This document shows, piece after piece, positions 20,413 to 28,762 of a stretch of 64,000 bases of DNA (positions are counted from its first letter, which is position 1; every line of letters starts with the position of its first letter). The notes beneath the pieces were generated by a model that saw only the letters and a list, made by a program, of their open reading frames with translations, was not told the DNA's origin and searched no databases. This DNA is from a plasmid: sequence record CP132319.1; one strand, 5' to 3'. The translations under genes were made by a program, and so were the position numbers.

Positions 20413-21219
20413 ATGCTTGTTGCATCACCAGCGGCCTACGGGCCGAACCTATTGTCGCGCCTACTCGCCGCGCGCACCCTCCAGCAGATTGACGACTGCG
20501 CGAAATCCGCCTGGATACTGAATGGGGAGGGGCTCGTAGACGACCGCGAGATGGCATATCTAGCCCCGGTCATCGAGCATCAGCGGCGCGCGATCCGCGC
20601 GCAACCTTGGCGTCTGGGCGATCCGATTGGTCATCTAAGACCGACGACGGCCAAGCCGGTTCACCGACGCCCGTCAATTCCCGCAGACAGGCGAGCTGCA
20701 TCCTGGGTGCGCCGCCGCTCGCTCGCCAAAAACTGCATCATCCCGACTTGCATCGCCGGAAGGTTGACAATCAGCAAGCTTGCCGTGCTTTCGGTCATTG
20801 CCCGAGCGGTGATGGACCGTGGAAGATCGAATATGTCTCTCCCTGAGATCGCCGCACGCGCTGGCGTCGGATGCACAACAGCGCGGTATGCCATTCGGGA
20901 TGCCTTGCGAATGGGGCTGATCAGCGTGTCCGAGAACCGGATCAACGGATTTTGGAGCCGCCCCAACACGATCAGGATCGTCTGTGGTCGTTGGCTTCGA
21001 TGGCTGAAGGAGCATGCAGGGTTTTCGCCACGGAGAAAATCGGACGACGGAATTGCTGTCGATTGCGTCGGCACCCCCCTCAGAAATCTGATCCCCACGA
21101 TTGAAATTATTTCATTCTCGCTGCGAGGCGCGGTTCATCATCGATGGGGAGCGCGTGCAAATGTGCCTTACTGGCGCGGGGATACATGCCTTGATAGGGG
21201 AGTGAGGGCTTTGGAATAG
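20413..21219 (+). CDS. winged-helix DNA-binding protein (plasmid replication/regulator-like)
   Basis: 268 aa. HTH-like ...MSLPEIAARAGVGCTTARYAIRDALRMGLISVSENR.... No confident family assignment. Confidence 0.45.
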   Translation: MLVASPAAYGPNLLSRLLAARTLQQIDDCAKSAWILNGEGLVDDREMAYLAPVIEHQRRAIRAQPWRLGDPIGHLRPTTAKPVHRRPSIPADRRAASWVRRRSLAKNCIIPTCIAGRLTISKLAVLSVIARAVMDRGRSNMSLPEIAARAGVGCTTARYAIRDALRMGLISVSENRINGFWSRPNTIRIVCGRWLRWLKEHAGFSPRRKSDDGIAVDCVGTPLRNLIPTIEIISFSLRGAVHHRWGARANVPYWRGDTCLDRGVRALE

Positions 21220-21229
21220 CATTGCGCTG

Positions 21230-21573
21230 GTTTCACGGAACCTCTGGTCATCGAACTTCCGGCTAGTGGAAGTGGAGCACCGCTCGCAATACATGATGCT
21301 GAAGCCCACCTTGCCGAAGCCGTCCGCGATGATCATTCCGTTCCGTCATGTCGAGACTCCATTCGAGTTCAGCTGGGAAGAATGGTCCTCGGTGTAGTGC
21401 TCGTTGAGGCGAAACGCCGGCTTGATCAGTTCCAGCCCGTCGGCTTTACGATCGGATGGAATGTCGGAGCCACCGGCGGCCAGCACATCTTCCATGCCCA
21501 TATGCATGTGGTGTGTCGCTACGAAAGAGACGCCAAGGCTGGTCTCGGCATCCGCGACTTTCTGCGATCCTAG
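21230..21573 (+). pseudogene. HIT-family hydrolase remnant: frameshifted near 21375-21395, N-terminus missing
   Basis: Frame 3 gives ...AMIIPFRHVETPFEFSWEEW (HIT middle). Frame 1 (ORF 21382-21573) gives ...GATGGQHIFHAHMHVV (histidine triad HxHxHxx). Confidence 0.5.
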
Positions 21574-21585
21574 AAGGCGCGACCG

Positions 21586-22104
21586 TCAGGCGCAGCACTT
21601 TGAGCCGCCCGTTGCCGGCGCGCAGCAAGAGTTCGTTGCGGTCGCCTGCTCCGCCAGCCATCGGTCGCGCGGCTTGCAGCTCGACGGCCGCGCCGCCAGC
21701 GCCACCTCTAACCTGCCGTCTGCCAAGCGCGGCGACGATGCGCAATAGAGCGCCATCGGCCGCTTCCCATCGCTGACCTCAAAGGTGAGCTTGGCCGCCG
21801 GATCGAGCCGAACGTGATCAGAAACCTTGCGGATGATCGCGGAGAACTTTCCTGCAGGCATGTGGCTCCTGCCGTCCTCGTAGATATCCCAGAGCTGGAC
21901 GAACATCTCCGACCAGGCTTCCGGATTGGCACCGCAGTCGAGCGCCGAGAATGCACCCGCCTTGACCTCGGTGACATGATAGCCTGCCTTCACCGGCTGA
22001 CCATCGTAGAGAAACACCAGCGACGCCTCGGGCGCAGCCGCAAGGCCGTCAAGAAGCTGGCCAAGCGTGATATCGGACGAAACAGCCTTGTCGATCGCAT
22101 TCAT
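21586..22104 (-). CDS. hypothetical protein divergent from arsR, with C-terminal vicinal Cys pairs (CC...CC)
   Basis: 172-aa ORF starting 43 bp from the divergently transcribed arsR. Ends ...NSCCAPATGGSKCCA. No confident family. Confidence 0.4.
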   Translation of the reverse strand: MNAIDKAVSSDITLGQLLDGLAAAPEASLVFLYDGQPVKAGYHVTEVKAGAFSALDCGANPEAWSEMFVQLWDIYEDGRSHMPAGKFSAIIRKVSDHVRLDPAAKLTFEVSDGKRPMALYCASSPRLADGRLEVALAARPSSCKPRDRWLAEQATATNSCCAPATGGSKCCA

Positions 22105-22147
22105 GTGCGATACTCCTATTGTTCAATGATTCAAGGATTATTGAAAT

Positions 22148-22516
22148 ATGAATGAGTGTCAAGCCCTCACATCATTCGCGGCCCTGTCGCAGGAAACCCG
22201 CCTCGCCATCGTCCGCACGCTGGTCGTCGCCGGACCGGATGGGTTGGCCGCCGGGCTGATCGCCGAGCGCATGGGCGTCTCGCCCTCAAATGTGTCGTTC
22301 CATCTGAAAGAGCTGGAGCGATCGGGCCTTATCGCGCAGCGGCGAGAATCTCGCTCGATCGTCTATAGCGCCAGCTACGATGCGCTGGCCGATCTCGTAA
22401 AATTCCTGATGGAGGACTGCTGCGCTGGCCATCCGATGGTCCGAGAGGGTGTCGAGCGATCCGATGGCTGCTGCAAGACGGATGTTGCCCGGAGCGAGGG
22501 CGACGTCATTGCGTGA
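22148..22516 (+). CDS. arsR: ArsR/SmtB-family arsenic-responsive repressor
   Basis: HTH ...LAAGLIAERMGVSPSNVSFHLKELERSGLI.... C-terminal Cys pairs DCCAGH...GCC. Confidence 0.8.
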   Translation: MNECQALTSFAALSQETRLAIVRTLVVAGPDGLAAGLIAERMGVSPSNVSFHLKELERSGLIAQRRESRSIVYSASYDALADLVKFLMEDCCAGHPMVREGVERSDGCCKTDVARSEGDVIA

Positions 22517-23726
22517 TCGGAAGGTACCTGTCGGCATTGTTGCCGCACTCGGCCTGACCCAGATCATCGGCTACGGCACCCTCTACTACAGCTTCAGCAT
22601 CCTGGCGCCTGGCATGGCCGCGGATCTCGGCATCACCGTCGCGCAGGTTTTTGCGGTCTTCTCGACCTCGCTGTTCGTTGGCGGCCTGTCAGCGCCCTAT
22701 ATCGGCCGGCAGATGGATCGCATCGGCGCCGCGACGGTCATGGCGATCGGCTCGGCATTGTCCGCACTGACCTTGATCTTGTGCGCCTGGTCGCCATCGG
22801 TGGCAGTCTTCGCGCTGGCCATCGTCCTGTTGGAGATATCGTCCGGCATGGTCCAGTACCAAGCCGCTTTCGCGGCACTGGTCGAGGCCGATCCCCGGTC
22901 AGCGTCACGCAGCATCACTTATCTCACCCTGATCGCGGGATTTGCCTCGACGATCTTCTGGCCGATTGCCACGGCGCTGCTCGGCTATCTCTCGTGGCGG
23001 GAAATCTACCTCGTCTATGCCGTGCTCAATCTTGCTGTCTGTATGCCGTTCCATGTCTGGATCATGCGGAAGGGAAAGGTAGCGGCAGCCGGCGGGCAAA
23101 GACCTATGCGCGAGCCTGTCGTCGGAGCTGTTCCGCGCGAGCGTCGGCGCGGTACGGTGGTCGTCGTGTCGGCTGCATTCGCGCTGCTGAGCTTCACCCT
23201 TGGCGCGATGCTGGCGCATATGGTGCCGATGCTCGGGTCGCTTGGCTTCGGAAGTGCCGCCGTCGGCATCGGCTCCCTGTTCGGTCCGGCGCAGGTTCTT
23301 AGCCGCCTGATCAACATGATCTTTGGAACGCGCCTCGCGCCGCCGGGCCTCGCGGTTCTCTCCGCAGTCTTCATGGTGCTGAGCGTCGTTATTCTGGCGC
23401 TGTCCGGCAACTGGCTCCCCGGCGCGGTCGCCTTCTCGATCTGCCTCGGCCTCGGATCGGGCATCAACAGCATCGCGCAGGGAAGCTTACCGCTCTACCT
23501 GTTCGGCTCGGATGGCTATGGTGCGCTCACCGGCAAGATGGCCGCCTCGCGGCTGGCTGCCGGCGCAGCAGCGCCGTTTGCCTTCGCGGCGACGATGGAG
23601 CAGTTCGGCATAGGCGCATCGCTCGTCCTGAGCGCCGCGCTTGGCTCGATCGGTATTGCGGCGTTTGTCGCGGTAGCGATGGCGACGAAGCGGAGCCTCG
23701 TCACCTCGCCAAGCCCGTCAAATTGA
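22482..23726 (+). CDS. MFS transporter (ArsK-like arsenite/antimonite efflux candidate)
   Basis: 12-TM MFS topology. Directly downstream of, and overlapping, arsR. Start uncertain (22464/22482). Confidence 0.7.
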   Translation: MLPGARATSLRDRKVPVGIVAALGLTQIIGYGTLYYSFSILAPGMAADLGITVAQVFAVFSTSLFVGGLSAPYIGRQMDRIGAATVMAIGSALSALTLILCAWSPSVAVFALAIVLLEISSGMVQYQAAFAALVEADPRSASRSITYLTLIAGFASTIFWPIATALLGYLSWREIYLVYAVLNLAVCMPFHVWIMRKGKVAAAGGQRPMREPVVGAVPRERRRGTVVVVSAAFALLSFTLGAMLAHMVPMLGSLGFGSAAVGIGSLFGPAQVLSRLINMIFGTRLAPPGLAVLSAVFMVLSVVILALSGNWLPGAVAFSICLGLGSGINSIAQGSLPLYLFGSDGYGALTGKMAASRLAAGAAAPFAFAATMEQFGIGASLVLSAALGSIGIAAFVAVAMATKRSLVTSPSPSN

Positions 23727-24461
23727 CCGCAGCGATACCCGCTTCTCAAGCTCGGCCGCCTGTTCCTTGCGCTCGCTGTAGCGGTCGGTGAGATAGGCCG
23801 AAGCATCGCGCGTGAGAATGGTGAACTTCACCAGTTCTTCGCAGACGTCCACGACCCGGTCGTAATAGGACGAGGGCTTCATCCGGCCGTCGGCGTCGAA
23901 TTCCTGATAGGCCTTGGCGACGGAGGACTGGTTGGGGATGGTGATCATCCGCATCCAGCGGCCGAGAATGCGCATCTGGTTCACTGCATTGAAGGACTGG
24001 CTACCGCCCGACACCTCCATAACGGCAAGCGTTTTGCCCTGCGTCGGCCGGACCGATCCGACCGAGAGCGGAATCCAGTCGATCTGGGACTTCATTATCC
24101 CGGTCATCGCGCCGTGGCGTTCCGGGCTCACCCAGACCTGCCCTTCCGACCATTGCGAAAGATCGCGCAATTCTTGCACCTTCGGATGGCTCGCCGGCGC
24201 TTCGTCAGGGAGCGGCAGGCCCTTCGGGTCAAAGATACGAACCTCGCATCCAAGGCGTTCGAGCAGCCGGCGGACCTCGAATGCGAGCAGGCGGCTATAC
24301 GACACCTCACGCAGCGAGCCGTAGAGGATCAGGATGCGCGGCTTATGCGTTGAGAACGCCGGACGCAGGGCATCGAGATCTGTCGAATATAGGTGATCGC
24401 CCTGCAGTGCTGGGAAAGTGTCAGGCAATGCGCTTTCCTTCCTGGTCGAGGATCTGTTCAC
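23718..24461 (-). CDS. arsH: NADPH-dependent FMN reductase ArsH
   Basis: 247 aa, flavodoxin-like ...[20 protein letters not shown]... ArsH signature, in the ars cluster. Confidence 0.85.
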   Translation of the reverse strand: MNRSSTRKESALPDTFPALQGDHLYSTDLDALRPAFSTHKPRILILYGSLREVSYSRLLAFEVRRLLERLGCEVRIFDPKGLPLPDEAPASHPKVQELRDLSQWSEGQVWVSPERHGAMTGIMKSQIDWIPLSVGSVRPTQGKTLAVMEVSGGSQSFNAVNQMRILGRWMRMITIPNQSSVAKAYQEFDADGRMKPSSYYDRVVDVCEELVKFTILTRDASAYLTDRYSERKEQAAELEKRVSLRSI

Positions 24462-24846
24462 CGTCCTCCTTGAAGAACGGTCCCCTGAAGGTGTCGGGCA
24501 GGATGTCGAGCACCGCCTCGGACGGACGGGCGAGCCGGGTGCCGAGCGGTGTCACGACGAAGGGGCGATTGATCAGGATCGGCGTTGCGATCATCGCGTC
24601 GAGCAACTGCTCGTCAGTCAGGTCTGGGTTGTCCAGACCGAGTTCGGCATAAGGCGTGCCTTTCTCGCGAATGGCTTCCCGAACGTTCAAGCCAGCGTCC
24701 GCGATCATCGTCGCAAGCTGCTCGCGCGTCGGCGGGTGCTGCAAATACTCGATGACAACAGGTTTGATCCCGGCAGCGCGGATCAGCGCCAGCGTGTTGC
24801 GGGACGTCCCGCAGGCGGGGTTGTGATAGATGGTCGCGTCCATGGT
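24421..24846 (-). CDS. arsC: arsenate reductase ArsC (glutaredoxin-dependent family)
   Basis: [25 protein letters not shown] matches the E. coli ArsC N-terminal catalytic Cys motif. Start taken at the internal ATG of ORF 24421-25077. Confidence 0.85.
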   Translation of the reverse strand, partial: TMDATIYHNPACGTSRNTLALIRAAGIKPVVIEYLQHPPTREQLATMIADAGLNVREAIREKGTPYAELGLDNPDLTDEQLLDAMIATPILINRPFVVTPLGTRLARPSEAVLDILPDTFRGPFFKEDGEQILDQEGKRIA

Positions 24847-25904
24847 CAGTGCCTTTCGGTGGCGGTGGTTCTGGAAACAGCGGGGGCGGCCTCGTACCAA
24901 TCTTTCGAGCGGTTCACGATCCACACGACCGAGAGCATGACCGGAACCTCGATGAGAACGCCAACGACGGTGGCGAGTGCTGCGCCGGACTGGAAGCCGA
25001 ACAGGCTGATGGCTGCGGCAACTGCAAGCTCGAAGAAATTGCTGGCGCCGATCAGGGCTGACGGGCCGGCAATGCAATGCCGCTCACCGGTCATCCGGTT
25101 GAGTAGATAAGCCAGCCCGGAGTTCAGATAGACTTGGATCAGGATCGGCACGGCGAGCAAGCCGATGACGGCTGGCTGGGCGATGATCTGTTCACCCTGA
25201 AAGGCGAAGAGCAGAACCAGCGTCGCAAGTAGCGCCACCAGTGAGATCGGCTGCAACCTTGCCAGCACGCCATCCAGTGCCCGGGCCTTACCGCCAACCG
25301 TGAGGCGGCGGCGGATGACCTGCGCGATAATGACGGGCACGACGATATAGAGGGCGACGGAAAGAACGAGCGTATCCCAAGGCACGGTGATCGCGGAGAG
25401 GCCGAGCAGCAAGCCAACGATCGGAGCAAATGCGACGACCATGATGGCATCGTTCAACGCGACCTGAGACAGCGTGAACAATGGCTCCCCGCGCGTCAGG
25501 TTGCTCCAGACGAACACCATAGCGGTGCAGGGAGCCGCGGCGAGAATGATCAGTCCGGCGATATAGGAGTCGATCTGGTCGGCAGGCAGGTATGGGCGGA
25601 ACAGCCAACCGATGAACAGCCAACCGAGGACGGCCATGGAGAACGGCTTGACGGCCCAGTTGATGAACAAGGTCACGCCGATACCGCGCCAGTAGGTGCC
25701 GACCTGCGCCAGAGACCGGAAATCGATCTTAAGCAGCATCGGAATGATCATCAGCCAGATCAGGATCGCGACGGGAATGTTCACCTTGGCGACCTCGGCC
25801 GCGCCGATGATCTGAAAGAGACCGGGCATGAGATGGCCGAGGGCGACACCGGCGATGATGCACAGGAACACCCAGATGGTCAGATAACGCTCGAACGTGG
25901 ACAT
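24846..25904 (-). CDS. acr3: arsenite efflux permease ACR3
   Basis: 352 aa, 10-TM, ACR3/ArsB-type N-terminus MSTFERYLTIWVFLCIIAGVALG. Confidence 0.9.
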   Translation of the reverse strand: MSTFERYLTIWVFLCIIAGVALGHLMPGLFQIIGAAEVAKVNIPVAILIWLMIIPMLLKIDFRSLAQVGTYWRGIGVTLFINWAVKPFSMAVLGWLFIGWLFRPYLPADQIDSYIAGLIILAAAPCTAMVFVWSNLTRGEPLFTLSQVALNDAIMVVAFAPIVGLLLGLSAITVPWDTLVLSVALYIVVPVIIAQVIRRRLTVGGKARALDGVLARLQPISLVALLATLVLLFAFQGEQIIAQPAVIGLLAVPILIQVYLNSGLAYLLNRMTGERHCIAGPSALIGASNFFELAVAAAISLFGFQSGAALATVVGVLIEVPVMLSVVWIVNRSKDWYEAAPAVSRTTATERH

Positions 25905-26431
25905 CAGGCGGACTTTCCTTGCGGCGACGTCGAACCTTCCATCGCACCGATCTGGCGAAGCTTGGTCTCAAGCGCCATGTGATCGAAGGATGCCAGCGGC
26001 AGGCTGACGAACGCCGCGATCCGGTTCTTGAGGAAACGCGCGGCCTGAGCGAAGGCGCGCTGGATCTCGATGTCCGAGCCAGCGACGGCGGCGGGGTCTT
26101 CGACACCCCAATGGGCGGTCATCGGATGGCCGATCCAGACCGGGCAGGCTTCGCCGGCGGCGCTGTCGCAGACGGTGAAGATGAAATCCATCTGCGGCGC
26201 GCCGGGCTCCGCGAACACATCCCAGCTCTTCGACGAGAAGCCCGTCGATGGATAGCCCAGCGCTTCCAGCTCCTTCAGGGCATGCGGATTGACTTCGCCC
26301 TTCGGCTGGCTGCCGGCGGAGAAGGCTTTGAATCGTCCGCCGCCCTCCTTGTTGAGAATGGATTCGGCGAGAATAGAACGAGCGGAATTGCCCGTGCAGA
26401 GGAACAGCACGTTGTAGGTCTTGTCGGTCAT
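25904..26431 (-). CDS. arsC2: arsenate reductase, LMW-PTP family (thioredoxin-coupled ArsC)
   Basis: CTGNSARS P-loop at the N-terminus, 175 aa. Confidence 0.85.
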   Translation of the reverse strand: MTDKTYNVLFLCTGNSARSILAESILNKEGGGRFKAFSAGSQPKGEVNPHALKELEALGYPSTGFSSKSWDVFAEPGAPQMDFIFTVCDSAAGEACPVWIGHPMTAHWGVEDPAAVAGSDIEIQRAFAQAARFLKNRIAAFVSLPLASFDHMALETKLRQIGAMEGSTSPQGKSA

Positions 26432-26446
26432 GGTCGTGGTCCGTGG

Positions 26447-26887
26447 TTAGGCCGGCGGCCGGGTGAGCCTCATGATGGTCGCCGACGATGGGCAGATGGA
26501 GGAAAGCTGACGGGTCGCCAACACGGCTGCGGGAACGCTGTCCCGCTGGAATTCAGAAAATCCGATGCGCGTGAAGAACGGCGCTGCACTCGTCGTGGCA
26601 AGGAAGACGTCGCCGGCCTGATCGAGACCCGCCACCGCCCGCTCGACCAAAACGCTTCCCAGTCCTTGCCCCCGATGATCGGGAAGCACGACGACCGAAC
26701 GGAGGAGAAAATCGTCGCCGCAGCGCTCAACACCGATGAAACCGACAGCCCTGCCGTCCGATGACTGCGCCCTGAAGAAGGTGCGACCATGATCCTCGAT
26801 GTCGTCGGTGGGCAGATGCGCTTCCGTCAAGGCTGCCTTGAGGCCAGCGTCGTTGCCCTCAATCTGCTCCAACCTGATCGCGCTCAT
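26447..26887 (-). CDS. GNAT N-acetyltransferase (ArsN-like, ars-cluster associated)
   Basis: Start at internal ATG MSAIRLEQIEG. Acetyl-CoA motif ...RGQGLGSVLVERAV.... Confidence 0.65.
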   Translation of the reverse strand: MSAIRLEQIEGNDAGLKAALTEAHLPTDDIEDHGRTFFRAQSSDGRAVGFIGVERCGDDFLLRSVVVLPDHRGQGLGSVLVERAVAGLDQAGDVFLATTSAAPFFTRIGFSEFQRDSVPAAVLATRQLSSICPSSATIMRLTRPPA

Positions 26888-27237
26888 AACACCTTCGCCT
26901 CCGGGGCGCAGCACGGCGTCAACTCGGCGATGAGCGGAGCGCAAAGCTCCGTCGATCCGCCGCAGCAGTCTTTGAGGAGGAACAGCGTCAGCTCGCGCAA
27001 GCCATTGAGGTCGGCCCGGTAGATGATCGATCTGCTCTGCCGCTCGCTCGTCACCAAGCCTGCCCGCGAAAGCGTTGCGAGATGCGCCGACATGGTGTTT
27101 TGCGGTACATCGATAAGGCGGGCGAGTTCGCCGGCCGGGATGCCATCGGGTTCGTGCCGCACCAGAAGCCGGAAGGTCTCCAGTCGCGTGGTCTGTGCCA
27201 AGGCGCCGAGCGCTGCGATTGCTGTGATATTATCCAT
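26884..27237 (-). CDS. arsR: ArsR/SmtB-family repressor
   Basis: 117 aa, HTH ...IPAGELARLIDVPQNTMSAHLATLSRAGLV..., C-terminal CC motifs. Confidence 0.8.
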   Translation of the reverse strand: MDNITAIAALGALAQTTRLETFRLLVRHEPDGIPAGELARLIDVPQNTMSAHLATLSRAGLVTSERQSRSIIYRADLNGLRELTLFLLKDCCGGSTELCAPLIAELTPCCAPEAKVL

Positions 27238-27416
27238 ATATCCAGAATATCGGATATGTTTTCGATGTCAAGACGAATCCGGGCCTCGACGTCCGGCGGA
27301 TAAAGGTCGAGAACGGCTGCTACGAGGTCTATGCGATCGATGCCAAGGGCGCCAAGGTCGAGACGATCTTCAATCCGCAGACCGGTGAACCGGTCGGCTC
27401 GGAAGGAGCGGAATGA
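27228..27416 (+). pseudogene. 5'-truncated PepSY-like small periplasmic protein fragment
   Basis: Open frame with no start codon: ...DVKTNPGLDVRRIKVENGCYEVYAIDAKGAKVETIFNPQTGEPV*. Begins exactly where arsR (start 27237) abuts. Confidence 0.3.
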
Positions 27417-27967
27417 TGGCGCCACTCTCCCGAACCAGCGGGGCGGGGGAAAGCGTCAAGGTGTGGGACCCGCTCGTGCGGGTCTTTCACTGGTCGCTTG
27501 TCTGCCTCTTCGTTTTTTCCTTCGTTACCGGCGACGAATGGAAGAAGGCTCATATCCTCTCCGGCTATGCCATCGCAGGGCTGATCGCCCTGCGCCTGGT
27601 CTGGGGGCTGCTCGGGCCGCATCACGCCCGCTTCGCCAACTTCCTCTATTCTCCTCCGACGATCCTAGCGTTCCTCCGTGACAGCCTCGCCTTCCGCGCC
27701 AAGCGGTATCTCGGCCACAATCCGGCGGGGGGCGCGATGGTCGTCCTGCTGCTCGTTGCGGTGTCCGGTATCGTGACCACCGGCTACATGATGACCACGG
27801 ATGCCTATTGGGGTGTCGGCTGCGTGGAGGATACGCATAAGCTCCTGGTCTATTCGACCATCGGGCTGATTGCCCTGCACATCGCCGGCGTCGTCTTCGC
27901 CAGCGTCGAGCACCGGGAAAACCTCGTGCGCGCCATGGTGACGGGAAGGAAGCGCCGCGAAGGTTGA
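27413..27967 (+). CDS. cytochrome b561 family protein
   Basis: 184 aa, 4 TM helices with conserved His (FHWSL... HILSGY... IALH). Confidence 0.7.
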   Translation: MMAPLSRTSGAGESVKVWDPLVRVFHWSLVCLFVFSFVTGDEWKKAHILSGYAIAGLIALRLVWGLLGPHHARFANFLYSPPTILAFLRDSLAFRAKRYLGHNPAGGAMVVLLLVAVSGIVTTGYMMTTDAYWGVGCVEDTHKLLVYSTIGLIALHIAGVVFASVEHRENLVRAMVTGRKRREG

Positions 27968-27985
27968 TGTGCGGCTGTCTATATG

Positions 27986-28016
27986 GCATGTATTTAGAAT
28001 TATTCTAAATACATGC
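27986..28016. promoter_or_regulatory. perfect 15-1-15 palindrome containing an Irr ICE-box (TTTAGAA-TTA-TTCTAAA)
   Basis: GCATGTATTTAGAATTATTCTAAATACATGC lies 49 bp upstream of the VIT-family gene. The core matches the Irr iron-control-element consensus TTTAGAA-N3-TTCTAAA. Confidence 0.6.
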
Positions 28017-28064
28017 CTGACGTCATAATGCAACCACAGTAGATCTGCTGAAATCGGAGATGTT

Positions 28065-28760
28065 ATGCGCGCCGTTCACAAGGAAAGCCACCTCATCGAA
28101 CGTATCGGCTGGCTCCGCGCGGCGGTGCTGGGCGCCAATGACGGGCTGATCTCGACGTCGAGCCTCATCGTCGGTGTCGCGGCGGCGACCGCGGCATCGC
28201 AGGAAATCCTCGTCGCCGGTGTCGCCGGTTTGGTGGCCGGCGCGATGTCGATGGCGGCGGGGGAATATGTCTCCGTCAGCTCGCAAGCCGATACGGAACA
28301 GGCCGACATGGCGCGCGAGCGCCACGAGCTGGCCACCCAGCCGGAGGCGGAGCTGGCCGAGCTTACCGCGATCTACGAGCAGCGTGGCGTCTCACCGGAT
28401 CTTGCCCGCCAGGTTGCCGAACAAATGATGGTGAAGGACGCCTTCGAAGCCCATGCACGGGACGAACTCGGCCTGTCGAGCCACGTAATGGCGCGGCCTG
28501 TCCAGGCGGCGCTGACATCGGCGGTGACCTTCGCGACGGGCGCGGCCCTGCCGCTGGCGGTCGCCCTGCTGGCGCCGTCGGGAACGGTCGTCTGGGCTGT
28601 GTCCGTTGCCTGTCTCATCGGGCTTGCCGTCCTCGGCGCGATCGGCGCGCGTGCCGGTGGTGCTGGCATCTGGAAGCCGACCGTCCGGGTCGTCTTCTGG
28701 GGCGCGGTCGCCATGGCGTCGACCGCAGCCATCGGCGCGCTTGTCGGCCGGGCGGTCTGA
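28065..28760 (+). CDS. VIT1/CCC1-family iron/manganese exporter
   Basis: 231 aa. GANDGLISTSSLIVG motif and C-terminal TM bundle typical of the VIT family. Confidence 0.8.
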   Translation: MRAVHKESHLIERIGWLRAAVLGANDGLISTSSLIVGVAAATAASQEILVAGVAGLVAGAMSMAAGEYVSVSSQADTEQADMARERHELATQPEAELAELTAIYEQRGVSPDLARQVAEQMMVKDAFEAHARDELGLSSHVMARPVQAALTSAVTFATGAALPLAVALLAPSGTVVWAVSVACLIGLAVLGAIGARAGGAGIWKPTVRVVFWGAVAMASTAAIGALVGRAV

Positions 28761-28762
28761 TC

